Both the position numbers and the translations under genes were made by a program. From Lytechinus pictus (Eukaryota): 64,000 bases of DNA. The notes beneath the pieces are model-generated. The model made no database searches, was not told the DNA's origin, and saw only the letters and a list, made by a program, of their open reading frames with translations. This document shows positions 51,737 through 64,000 of this stretch, piece by piece; the first letter of the stretch is position 1; each line of letters opens with the position of its first letter. The stretch is taken from NCBI RefSeq assembly GCF_037042905.1, contig NC_087250.1:10604001-10668000 (forward strand), written 5' to 3'.

Positions 51737-52548
51737 ATATATATATATATTGTGAAAGAACTAAAATATATAATATATATATATATGTATACATATTTTA
51801 ACTAAATGTTTCTAATTAATTCCCCTATACTTTCTTCAAACAATACATCGCTATATCGTGGACCTACTACATTGCATTGTATTGTATTTATCATCTTTTC
51901 ATAATGTTAACTATATAATTTTTCTTACAAATTATCATATTTGTATATTGCACACTAAAAAAGGTTTCCCATATTGGGTAAAATAGGAATATACATGTTG
52001 GTTCGCGGAAAAAGACATCAAATATTTTGTAAATTCAATGTTGCATTGAAATTTACCTTAATTTCAACATGCATTTTTGCAAAATACCCAGCAAACATGC
52101 ATTTTCCCTTTGTACCCAATACTGGGTAAGATTTTACTTTTAATATTTTTAGAGTGTGGTTTAGATCCTAATAAAGGGCATGTGCCCGAAAGCCTGACGA
52201 ATACTGGTTTCTGATCTTGCTTCGACCCTCTCTATACTCTTGATCTCAAATATATATAATCAACAAAATAATTGAAGGAAGGCCGAAGAAAACTTTTACT
52301 TTTACTAGTTTTATTTAATCTTCAGAAAGTCTTTCTGAAAGACTTTCTGAAGATTAAATTGATAAGAGTGAATTTTCTCTGGCTTTTCCTCAATGATTTT
52401 GTTGATTATTTTCCTTCCTTGACGGAGAACGTTGACCGTTCTTGGAAGACAATGATTATTTTCTGTTCAGTTGTATTTTGCTTTTTCCGACGTCGAATAA
52501 ATAAAAAAAAGTTTGTAGGTCATAAGAAAAGAAAAAGTGATATTCTTT

Positions 52549-52881
52549 AGAAGTGGTGCAGTAAATCAATAGTAATAACGGAATCGACCGGAAAAAGCTT
52601 CGAGATTGGTTCTAAAGAAAAGCTTATTCGCAGAGGAAATATTCATCGACTGATCGATGAGTGTGTGGGTAGGTGTGTGTGTGTGTGCGGCTTCCATTGT
52701 GAGTCGCAAAAGAGTAAAGCAACAGGCAGTGGAGAATTATATAAATGGTTGGAATATTCTATGACAGTCACTTTTGCGTTTTGAATTTGGAGACTCTTTC
52801 TGACTGTCGAAGTGCAAAACAGGCAAGCTTTTCATCAACTCTTTCTTCCTTGATTAAAGTCGACGAAAGAACCAAGTAAGT
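52549..52881 (+). other. Candidate non-coding 5' exon of GPCR copy B
   Basis: Conserved with 17290-17633; GTAAGT donor at 52876-52881; acceptor TTTTTTGCAG ending 2 nt before ATG 57372. Start boundary is approximate. Confidence 0.4.
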
Positions 52882-53550
52882 ATAATTATATTACTTCCCT
52901 CCACTTAATAGTAGGGTTTATCCCGAAGATCTCTGAAATCATAATGATAGTATTAACGTACTGACTAAGGGAAGGGGGTGTGGCTAGGAAAAGAGAGAGT
53001 AACAATTTATTTCTTTTGTAGAATTGTTTTGAAAAAGCATCTGCGGTAAGAAGCGAAATCCTTTTAAACAAAAACAAAACAAAACACACACGCACAAAAA
53101 CTGCTATTTTTCCTTTTTCGATAAAACCTGGATTTTTGGGTTAAGTAATGTCCTTCACACAACGCTTATAGATTTTTGATAATTATTCATAATTAATATT
53201 AAAATAGTTCGATGATAACTTAAACATAAATAATTTATATTTTCTCTTATGACAAAATGTTAACATTATATCGTCCGAAAATTATGCAATGATTTCTTAT
53301 TAGAGATGATATGTTTTTAAGAAATCATAATTTTGTTGCGAGTACCGAAAGCACTATAGTGAAATGCGTTTTTACAAATCGATTATTTGTATGAGTTGAA
53401 TTGAATTATTCATTTTTTGTGTGAATTAATTTACTTGGCAAAATTAGTAATCAACGTCAAAGTCATTTAGAATCATAATTAATGCGATAGGACCTCTAAC
53501 ATCCAAGTTATGCATGTTTACGAGGCCCTATGACAGCACACTAAAATATA

Positions 53551-54499
53551 CAGCGCGTCCCCCAAAAATGTCCCTCCGATTTCTGGCTAAATTACTTCCA
53601 ACAATCTCATGTTCTAACTTCTATAAAAATTTTATTGGTCTCGCTTCAGTGGTTTTGAATCCACAGTCTATTATGTAAAAGTGGTGCTTTTCAGCCCATT
53701 CCAAGTTTGCATGGATGCAGCACTGCTGTGTGTTCTGCACTTTTTAGCATATCAACCCCCTTTTACCATTCTGACCAAGGAATTCCCTGATCTGACCAGG
53801 GAAATGTCCATGATCTAACCAGGCTCATTAAATCACAACCTTGAGCATGTTCAGAAGGGCAAAACAAGACAGTTCATTTCATGTTTGATAACGGGAGATG
53901 CACAATCATTGAGACAACGGGTCATGTCTGTTTAATGCCTAAAAGTTATTCCAACAATACTGCATTTTTGTTTTCATTACTCCTTTTTAGTAAATAAAGC
54001 TACTGAGGTCAAGTTAATTCAATGTAATTTTTCAAAGAAAAAACGTCATGTTTTCTCTGGTAAAGTTCCTTTTCACAAAGGGTGATTAAGTTGTGGATTG
54101 CCCTTTACTTTTCAACTTATTTTACTCATCCATCATTCCCATTTTCTTTCAAGTTGGTGCACTGATTTCCCTTATCAACAAACCTAATTTTTATTAATGT
54201 TTCTTGTCCTTCTGAACATGCCTAAGTTTATGATTTGATGAGCCTGGATATGATTAGGAAAATGTCCCTGCTCATATCCTGAATGTAATAATGGGGGTTA
54301 ACATGCCAAAGACATTGCACAAATGCTGCAAACATGGAATGGGCTAAAATGCACCACTGTTACGTAACAGAACGTGTATTCAAAACCGCCGAAGCGCGAC
54401 CAATGAAATGTTAATAGTAGTTAGATCATTAAATGAGCTTTCTACTCATGAACATTTATATGAGAATACTACTACATTTTTTTTGGGGGGGTGGCGCTG
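53551..54499. mobile_element. Tc1/mariner-type MITE (family of 42828-43777)
   Basis: TA-CAGCGCGTCCCCCAAAAATGTCCC...GCGCTG-TA; interior matches the 42828 copy; absent from copy A at ~19668. Confidence 0.85.
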
Positions 54500-55269
54500 T
54501 ATACAGATATATATATATTAATAACAATATACAGGGAATTAAGATTCGACAGCAATGCATAATCATATTGGTTGGTTTAATGTTCTGTACCTAAAAGAAA
54601 GGGCGATGTTTTGTTACCCTACGAAACTTTGTTAATATGATCAATCTAATCAACTTCATGAATATAAAATCATTTTCACTTTTTGATCACCTTTTCTATT
54701 GTATTTCAATTGATTTAAAATTTATTATTTATTTAAAATAATTTTGTGTGTGTAATATTGAGGTTGTAATTTGAAATTAATTTTTTGAAGTGCCGAATGT
54801 ATAATAATTATATATATAGATGAAAATATGCTAATTACACAACAATTATAATTACAAAATCGCATCTTAATAGAAATTATGTTCAGTATAAGATGTCCGG
54901 CCCCCTCAAAATTGTCTCATTATGCTACCGAAAAAATATCTTCCTAAAATTCCTTTTTAAAATCTAAATATTGTTTTCAAATCCTCCGAGTCGAAATTAT
55001 TTTCTAAACTTCTAAAATCACTTTTGTTACCTTCTTTTATTTACGTTTTATTTCTCTCTTTCCTTTAAGCCGTGTCTCGTTCTGTTGTCATTTTCTTTAT
55101 AAATATATATGTATATAAATATACATATATATATTACTCTGAAACCGTCACGATGTGTTTCATGTTGTAATCTCATGGTCTCACTTCAGTCTCATCACTG
55201 GAAATTCAAAAGGAATTAAACATTTTGAGCAAAGTTTGTGATCCTGAATAAGATGCGCATGTGATAAAT

Positions 55270-56885
55270 GATTACTGTTAGCGCGAGCAGAAATATTTAA
55301 TGTACGTTCTGCCTTGATAGGGCTTTGCAGTTAGCCAAGGAGACGATACATATTTCAACGATGAAATTATGCGAGCGCAAAGCGCGAGCTGAAAATTTTT
55401 GACATTCCGACCTGAAAAACCATGAACAGGATAGGTATTTAACTCTACAATTGGTGCGAGCACGAAGCGCGAGCGGTAAATATTGAGATGTTCATGTTTT
55501 GTAAATCAAGAAAATGATGGGTATTATGGAATCTTCCTATATCAACAATGTGAGTGTGAAGCACGAGCAGAAAACATTTGATATTTTGATCTGAAACTGG
55601 ATAATTTAAGCACGTTAAAAAAAAAACAAGCTGAGTATCTTATTAAACATCCATGCGCGTATTTAGATTTAGTCCTAGAATCTGGGCAATCTAAATACAT
55701 TTTTTATTATGAAAATCAATAATACGAGCGCGAATAACGCGCTGAAAGTATTTTATATTCCGATCTGAAAAAGGGTGAATTTTAAGAACTATTTCAACTA
55801 TTTCTTTGTAGGAAAATTCTAAAGTGGATAAGGATCGCACTTACTAAATGATGTGAGCGCGAAGCGCTAGCTGATATTTTGATAGCATTTGACCTAGGAC
55901 CTGAACATTCTAATGACATTTTATCATTCAAAATCTTCCTATTCCTCTTCTAAAGCGCGAGATGAAAATTGTCGATATTCCATTCTGAAAAAGGGACAAT
56001 TTGATTATTAGGAATTCATGAAAGTATTGCCATCTTATTTATCTAATAACCCGAATGAGAGCGCAAAATTTGTCGATATTAAGGCCAGAAAAGAAGATAT
56101 TTTAAGCACTTTTGTAATTATGAATAGAATGCATGGATTAATATATTTTCAACAAAAATAATGCTAATCGCAAGCCGTAGTTTTTGTTAAACTGTCATTA
56201 AAAGGGGAATTTTAAGTAGTGTGTTAAAATTAAAATAGGTATACATAACTCACCAATAATAATGCGAACGCGCAGTGCGAGCTAATACGTTTTGACAATC
56301 AGACCTGAAAAGATATATTTTGAGAACTTTCATAATAATAATAATAATAATAATAATGATAATAATAATGATAATAATAATAACAATAATAATAATGATG
56401 ATGGTAATAATAATGATAATAATAACAATAATAACAATATGCATTTATATAGCGCTAAAACTATTTCGATATATTCTATTGCGCTGCAATTAAGAGCTCC
56501 CCAGATGCTGTAGATATTATTGGAATAGATCGGTTTTTAATTCTAATTTGAAATTATGTAAATTTGTTAAATTCCTAATGTCGAGGGGAAGTTTGTTCCA
56601 TATTAGTGGGACTGATCGGGATTTCGATTTCGAGAGATCTGAGATATACGGAATACACGAAGAAAATAGGTACTTGACAAATTGAATAATGCTAGCGCAC
56701 AGTGCAAGCTGAAAATGTTGATATTCAGAACACCAAAAAAAAATCAATTTGTAAATCAAACAAAATAGTGACGGATCGACGTCCGATTTCTTTTGTAATG
56801 ACTTCAAAACTTTATATTTTAAGCTCCATATCAGCCCACTGAGCAAGATATGTCTCTCACAGCAATGCGAGCACGAAGCATGCAA
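55270..56885 (+). repeat. GCGAGCGCGAAGCGCGAGC-type array upstream of the GPCR (contains (AAT)n at 56332-56438)
   Basis: Motif variants at ~55371, 55456, 55549, 55724, 55853, 56263, 56690 and 56866. Confidence 0.8.
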
Positions 56886-57371
56886 ATCTTCTTTTCTGAC
56901 CCTCACCTTGTTTTATTCACTCGTCTTCCTCCTCTTATTAATCCTTTTCCCCCTCCTCTCTTTTTCCTTCTCTTTTCTTTCTTCCCCCTTATTTTTTTAT
57001 GCTCCTTCCACAAAAACGTGTGTGTGTATGTGTGTGTGTGTGTGTGGGGGGGGGGGCACAATATCAAATGTCCCAGAGAGTGTGGGGGACACTATATCAA
57101 ATGTCCCCAAAAGTGTGTGTGTATGTGTGGGGGGGGGGGGCGTCCCCTGTCCCACCTCGGATTTCGTCCAAGGTCATTAGATTAAGGTTTTCACCTAATA
57201 ATTCTTGGCGAGCTCATATTTCACCCAGTGAAATCATTTTGAAGATGCTAATAGTAAATTCTCAAAACATCTACGTAAAATGTGAACGCTCTTTTTCACC
57301 AAATGAATTCAGTTTGGAGATGTTATTAGTCAACCATCTTTGTACCATGTAAAATCTCCTTTTTTGCAGAC

Positions 57372-58664
57372 ATGGCGTGCATGGCTCTTGGAGCAGCTGC
57401 CCTGTTCCTGATGCTAGTTGCTGGGCTAGATGCGGGATTGGCTGAAAACACTTCTGCTTGGACGTCCTCACAGAATTCGTCTGAGCAAGAGTGGAACTTT
57501 GAACTGACCACGAGTTTCTTGCAAGATGTTCCAAACCTGACCACAACGTCTACCTTGACAGAGATGGTGAATGTCACTATTGTCTCTGATGAAAACTTAG
57601 ATGCTGGATTTTTCACTCGGGGCGATAAGGTTCAGACTGTCACGTTGGAGAGTATCGTATCCGCTTATGATGAATCATCTGATTCAGTCCCATGGAGATG
57701 GCACTACCCAACCTGGTCATGGTGGCAGTTGGTCCAACTAACGTCTTCCGTACTTGGTGTTGTCGGCCAAATGCTTGTCATGCTGGTTATTTGGCAACGC
57801 CGGGCCATGAACCGTTCTGCTGATACCCTAATCGGAGCTCTAGCGGTTGCGGACTTCTTGACCTCTATTCTGATTTTGCCATTGCCGGTGGCAGTTAGTG
57901 TGCCATCCACACTCCTTGGAGAAATTTATTGCAGATTTATATTCAATGGTTTTTTCATGTGGTTGGCAGTCGGAGCCTCCATCCATACCCTTGCTTTGAT
58001 ATCAGTAGAGCGTTTAATAGCCGTCATGTATCCCATTCTTTTCAACCGTTACTCCAGCAGAGAGAAGGCATCTGTTGCTGCTGCAGTTGTATGGCTGGAG
58101 TTGATGGTTGTGACTCTTAACCTAATTTTGACTTGCAGCGTAGAGGGCGTCAGTCATACCTGTGTGTTATCCTTTCCACCGTCACTTGGTAAGTTCTTAG
58201 GCGTTAAAACGTTCCTTGCGTATTTTTTAATCCCTGCTATGGTAATGCTTCTAGCCCAGGCGGTGACTGCGGTCATTCTTCACCGAAAATCGAAACAGTT
58301 CAACGAAGGCAAAGCCCTTCAGAACAGGTCTAAGAGCCTCTTGACTGCTAGAAAACGGGTCGTCCAGATGCTATTCGTGGTCGTCCTGATTTTCATCGTA
58401 TGCTGGGGTCCAATCAATGTTGCTTACTTTCTCTTCAACTTTGGGTTTATCAGCAGGAGCTTTGCCTTCGGCAGCATAAATCGCATTCTTACATTGCTTG
58501 CCTTCTACAACTCTTGTCTGAATCCAATCGTGTATACGGTTCGGCATCCAGAGTTCCGACAAGCTATCCGTGGTTTGTTTTCGGGCTCAAAAGTTCAAGG
58601 AGGGGCGTTATTTGAGTACAAAACTGAGCGAAAGGTTCCGTCGACAGGACAAAAGGTCGCTTGA
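57372..58664 (+). CDS. Rhodopsin-family (class A) GPCR, uninterrupted CDS, peptide-receptor-like orphan
   Basis: 430-aa ORF; hydrophobic N-terminal signal-like segment; 7 hydrophobic segments with LAVAD, C3.25, SVERL, FLIP, FIVCWGP, NSCLNPIVY and helix-8 EFRQA. Confidence 0.95.
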   Translation: MACMALGAAALFLMLVAGLDAGLAENTSAWTSSQNSSEQEWNFELTTSFLQDVPNLTTTSTLTEMVNVTIVSDENLDAGFFTRGDKVQTVTLESIVSAYDESSDSVPWRWHYPTWSWWQLVQLTSSVLGVVGQMLVMLVIWQRRAMNRSADTLIGALAVADFLTSILILPLPVAVSVPSTLLGEIYCRFIFNGFFMWLAVGASIHTLALISVERLIAVMYPILFNRYSSREKASVAAAVVWLELMVVTLNLILTCSVEGVSHTCVLSFPPSLGKFLGVKTFLAYFLIPAMVMLLAQAVTAVILHRKSKQFNEGKALQNRSKSLLTARKRVVQMLFVVVLIFIVCWGPINVAYFLFNFGFISRSFAFGSINRILTLLAFYNSCLNPIVYTVRHPEFRQAIRGLFSGSKVQGGALFEYKTERKVPSTGQKVA

Positions 58665-59011
58665 GATTTATGACAGAACAAAAGGGCGTCGCGACCATAT
58701 TTACAACATACACGTAGAGCAATCAAAATAAAAGTATCTTCATAAAACATGTAAAAGGTTCTGTTCTAGACATAGTGTAGAATGTAAACATCTTCAAGAA
58801 ATAAAGTATTCTGTGAAATGTTAAATTTTTTAGTAGGAGTTTTTGCAATTTTATTCTGAAATCAATGAAAATGTTCACATGATAACCAAGATATAAATGA
58901 ATACATTTAAAACGTGACAATCATAGAGATAAATAATACAGACAAAGATAATTACATTATACACAAAGCGTGTGTTATAATTATATACATGTAGTACGTT
59001 GAGTAAAATAT

Positions 59012-59421
59012 GGTTTATTTCCAATTCGTCTAATGCCAAGTCGTCCGATTGCCGACTCATCAACTATCATTTGGTCTACCATCAGTTCGTCTACTCACCA
59101 CATTGTCTACTTCCATTTAGTCTAATGCCATTCCGTCTAATAACCAGTTGGTCCGATACCTATTTGGTCCATATACCATTTTGTCCAATTGGACTAAGTG
59201 TTAAAAGTGAATGAAAATGAAGTGGATATTGGACCAACCGGTTATGAGACGAAATGGTCATAGACGAAATGGCGATTAGACGAAGTGATGACTGTACCAA
59301 ATGGTTAATGGACCAAATGATTGTTAGACGAAATGTTGATGGACAGAATGGCATTAGACTAAATAAACGTAGACCATGTCGTGAGTGGACGAGTTGGCAG
59401 TAGACGAATTGGCAATTTACC
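59012..59421. mobile_element. MITE paralogous to 24436-24853
   Basis: GGTTTATTTCC...GGCAATTTACC; TSD TAAAATAT/TAAAATAC. Confidence 0.75.
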
Positions 59422-61898
59422 TAAAATACAGGGGCAAGCTATTATAAGAAAGAAAATTCTGGAAGCAACAACAGCAGTCAGGAAAATTCGGGAATTACAG
59501 ATTTTAATATCTACAAAACAAACTTGGATATGTTCATCGCAACATGTGATTTATCAGCACTCTGCACCAGTTGGAATTAACCTGAATTCGGATAGCTGTG
59601 CCCTTTAAAGTATCGTAGATTAGTGGTTCAGTGACAAAAGTACACCTAACACGTCCATGTATCATTTTCAGAATATTTTATTTGAGATTTTATTTTTAAA
59701 AATAAATGATACTCTTATGTTTACAATAACCTACAAAGGTGAAACCAGTCATTCCACTTTTTTCAGTAACAAATGTGATATTAAACCAGTGCGAATTCGA
59801 TCAAAATACATTTTATGTGAATTAAAATTAATCAGTGTGTGCGAGTAAAATGATGAAATTTTAAAGATTATAGTAAGGTCGACGTAGCAATCTTTAAATA
59901 TATCTAGTCTTATTATAAAGCGCTTTCTATAGTCAATATAAAAAAATCAGGCTCCAAAATAATTTAAATTATAATCAATAACGCTCTCTCTATAAAGCTG
60001 AATGTCAAAATTCGGATTTATAAATTGAATAAAAAATATTTCAAAATCTATATCAATATTGTAAATAGTTTGCATTCAAATTTATGTTGTAGGACGCCAT
60101 TTCAGTGAATAGAATGCAAGGTTAAAGAATACATTTACAAATTAGATATCATGACCTTTACTTTAAATTTAATTGAATCAAATTTAAAGTAAAGTTTCAA
60201 GTGAGCCTTTTGTTATGATGTATTTTAAGGGGATTTATAATTACACGGGATTTATAATTACAATCAACGAAGGCTTTTATAAATCAATTCAATGTTCACT
60301 AATATTAGATTCTTAGAAAATAAAGTGCAGATTAGATGACTCGAAAGTATACATTTCTTTTGTATATTTGTTATCATTATTATTTATTTATTTGTTTGTT
60401 TGGCGCCAACAGTGCCTGGGAGTATAAAGGCGAACCGTATCACTGCGATGCACATGTCTCTAATACCGATATAACTAATTAGAGTCGAAATTATTGTAAA
60501 TGCGAAGGTATCTATAGCACAATATATTGACTGCTTGGTTGTGTAATATTAAATTCTACGACTCGTTCAATTGAATTATGTTTCGCTTGCGCCCATTATT
60601 TTCCCTATACAAAAATACTATTCCAGTGGAAAGAAATGTGACGATACACACCATATAGTTATATATCAAAGCCTATATTAAACCTACCTCTAGTTTGGGT
60701 GTATTCCTCACAAGTGAATGCCACCAACCATGTTAATTTCTAGATTATATGAATATGCGTGTCTTAAAACGGTTGCCTTGTGAAAGATATAAAAATGAAA
60801 ATGCGTTTTCCCCATTATCTATGTCCTGTCCAAACACACACACCCTGTTTGATTATTGTGATAATTGTATGTAAGCTTATGATTGTTTTTTTTATTCAAT
60901 TCATTTCGAGCCAGTGAATGATTCATACAATATAGATGAACTCTAATCGTAAGCTTTAAAAAATGTGTGTTATTATCTAGGCTTCATAAGGAGCTTTATA
61001 GCAAGTAGAACAAATAATGTCCCACCCAAATACAAAATAATCAAATAAATGAAATGTATTGTCAATAAAAAATGATGAAGAAAGTAAATAATAGATACAA
61101 AATAATAAATATGAAATACACCGATTGTGGTGCTTGCAGCTTTTTCAGGAATTATTTCCTGCCATTCACCTTACCTGGGTTGAGAACAGCATATCGTGCA
61201 TAAATTTCAGGCTGAAGGAAATTACGCCATGGTTTGGATTCGAACCCACGCCCCTCTGATAAAAAGTCCAGAGACTACTCCACTGGGCCACAACGCTCCT
61301 CAGCAGTGCCGTTGTGAGAATAAAGAAAGGAATTACTCCCGCTGATCCTTTTTTATACATCTGCTGGTTCGAGGACCTCTTTGTACAGCTATTAATATTT
61401 CCCGTACATTTGATTTGTATATACCAGTGTTATAGTAATTATGTGAAAAGAAATAATGCAGAAATCCACTATTTGATGTAATGGATGATTAAATGTATAT
61501 GTGCGTGAATATCATAAAAATGTTTTTATCTTCTTTCATTATTTCATATAATGTATTGCTTTACACTGTAACGTAAACATCGGAAGTTTCCAAGAGGAAA
61601 ACCTGAAAATGTTATTCACTAGCATCATTACATGATTTCCAAGGGCGTAGACTGGGGAGTGCACGTGCACCCTCCCGCTGAGGCAGAGTAGCTCCGACAC
61701 TGGCAAGCAAAACGAAATTTGTAACACTTCTGCTTTCAGCAGCAGATTTTCCAAACTCTAGTCCCACCTCCCCAAGATGTGCCCCCCCTCCATACCACTT
61801 TAGTTCCTCCTCCCCATGCTTAAACCAGCCTACGCCCTTGATCACTAATAAGAGGCTGTTCTCACTACGTTCCTAAAACTAGTTTACTGGAAACTATA

Positions 61899-63950
61899 CA
61901 CAACAAAAAAAGTAAGTCCCCCCTTAAACAAACATCAATAATTTCCGAACCAATGCGAGTTTTTATAATATTTTTACATGAGCGTGTAGGTAATTTTATA
62001 GGCTACCCTCTGAGTAAATGTTATGGACGTATTTTACGTCATGCTTCAGTGAGCACCGTCAGAAGGCAAAAATGTAACTTTTCAAAAGTCACAAGCCAAA
62101 TATCATGACTTTGATTCCATTTTTATTGGAAATAATTCCACATTTTCATCATGAAAAATAGTCAGGCTTGTAAAAGGTACTTTCTAAAAGACGATACAAC
62201 TTTTCTGGCTAAATTCCACGGTTGAATGAACACAAGTCCAAATTTGCTATAATTGGATTTTTTACACATTTCTATCAATAAAATGATAGAATATGATGAC
62301 AGTTATTTTTGGGAAGAGTATCTTCAACAATATTCATTGTTTCACGGTTCAATGAACATTTATTGAAAACAAAAGATACGATTTTCAAATATCATAGGCA
62401 AGTATTGTTTCATTTTGGTAACTGAAGATGATCTTTTCTCAATTTTTTCGTTATGTTCATGACCAATTAACATGCTTCAATGATTCAAAGGCGTTTAATT
62501 AAACATTCACGCTTGAATGAACATGTGGAATGTGATAAGCTCTTTTTTACGTTATTGGAAAAAATGCAATTTGTAACTATGGATATCTATCACAAACCTC
62601 CTTGCATGGTTCATTTGATTTGATTTTTATGAAAATCCCGATGTTTAATGCATCAGTGAGCACACAATATTCGAAAATTATGCAAATGAGAAGAAAGTTC
62701 AAGGCCCTGGCCCCACTCTGTGCCGTATCAAATGGTTATTTTGGTGTGCGCACATTTTGGATAGTGTTACACTGAAGCCATGTGCGAAGTTTCATGAAAT
62801 AACTGTTGGCAGAAGTAACAAAAACCGTCCATGAAACAAACCCTCATTTCATATTTGTTAAAATGTTGACTTCCTCTCTCATAGACTTGTGTTCATTATG
62901 GGTGCATATGTTTAAGAATAAGTAACCCCCTATTCAATGTGGTGGAACTTTTTTTCAAGGCTGTCTTTAGCAATGTCATTTGGCAATTATGTTTATCAAC
63001 CTATGGGCAGAATTCTGTGCAAAAATAAAATTGATTTGTTTATTTATGGATGAGTGAGCACTCATCAAAGTGGGAAATTGGGTATTTTCAATGTCACAGA
63101 CCCATTTTAAATGGTAATAAAGTGAATATTGGGGGCAAATTCGGTTTCAAATGTGACTTTAAATGCTGTTGTTTTTATCATCCATCATTTTTATCACCAC
63201 ACACTTTCCGAAGTTTTAAAATTTTCATGGTTGAGCGAGCACATTCGAAAACCTAGGAATGAATACTCTTTATACTGCATAAATGTATTTTTTCTTACAA
63301 ATTATCATGATCAGTTTAATTTATGGACAAATCAGTGGTGGATCCAGAATTTTAAAATGGGGGAGGGGCCTATAATCGTGGGAGCCACCAACATTTTCAA
63401 ATTTTAACATGATCTAACAAATTGTAGAGTATACTACCATAAACCCCTTTGATGATACGTCACTATACAGGGGCAGCGGAACGGTTTTCAAAGTGGGGGG
63501 GGGGGGGGGGCTGACCATGCAAAAAATCACAATCGTATGGTCATTTTTACATTTTTGTACATGCTTTTGGAAAAAAGTGGGGGGGCTGAGCCCCCGCGGC
63601 CCCTGCATTATTGTGCTCACTCAACCATGAACATACGATATCAAAATTGTGTGTGGAGTGGCTAAATGGTGGATAGTAAAACAGCATTAACACCATAAAT
63701 TTCACCTAAAAACAACTTTTGCCCAGCTTTGTATTTGCACAATCTCAAAAACGACTCTTGTGACTTTCAAAAATTGTCATTTTTAATTCAATCTTTAATT
63801 ACTCATGCATGACTCAACTGATCAATCTCATTTTCCCCCAGAGGTTGCTTAATGAGTGTAGAAAATCACCTACGAAATATCATATCTCAAAATAATTCCG
63901 TTCAAAAGTTACAGCAATTTGATTTAGGGGGGACTTACTTTTTTGTTGTG
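61899..63950. mobile_element. 2-kb non-autonomous TIR element (second copy), nested in a small palindromic MITE (~61854-63993)
   Basis: Same TIR and TA TSD as 32043-34081; host TIR G(G/A)C(T/C)GTTCTCACTACG. Confidence 0.9.
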
Positions 63951-64000
63951 TATAGTTTAGTGGAAACTAGTTTAACGCGTAGTGAGAACGGTCAAAGCGG

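Larger units (their letters stand above)
39168..61852 (+). repeat. Segmental duplication, copy B
   Basis: Colinear with 11199-27632 once copy-specific insertions are removed. Confidence 0.9.

Noticed and set aside
56250..56513. Poly-Asn / poly-Ile ORFs
   Set aside because: (AAT)n microsatellite

Overview
AT-rich, repeat-dense eukaryotic genomic DNA from an invertebrate; the repeat and GPCR style suggests an echinoderm such as a sea urchin, but that is inference. Coding content is sparse. (1) A spliced + strand gene whose exons join in frame: an EGF-like exon plus a fibrinogen C-terminal (FReD) domain, 2472-8842, 5' end probably upstream of the window. (2) A disrupted - strand FReD paralogue, 30838-34815. 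(3) An intact class A GPCR with an uninterrupted CDS, 57372-58664, and its pseudogenised twin, 22757-24081. The two GPCRs sit in a direct segmental duplication (A ~11.2-27.6 kb, B ~39.2-61.85 kb) whose copies differ by many transposon insertions, so each copy shows the empty site of the other's inserts. The rest is tRNA-derived SINEs, a decayed CR1/L2-type LINE, many nested MITEs and microsatellites. Most unusual observations: a complete 72-nt cloverleaf with a TCA (opal) anticodon and T6 terminator, inside a 408-bp unit found only within (TA)n tracts; ~110-bp-period arrays of a 19-mer predicted to fold as a GAA-triloop, tandem-GA DNA hairpin, carried by hAT-like elements with different TIRs; 29-32 bp palindromes with 7-8 bp target duplications resembling P-type excision footprints; and a 5.4-kb unclassified TIR element in a (TA)n hotspot. 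Coordinates were read by eye and may be off by a few bases; superfamily labels rest on TSD/TIR conventions only.
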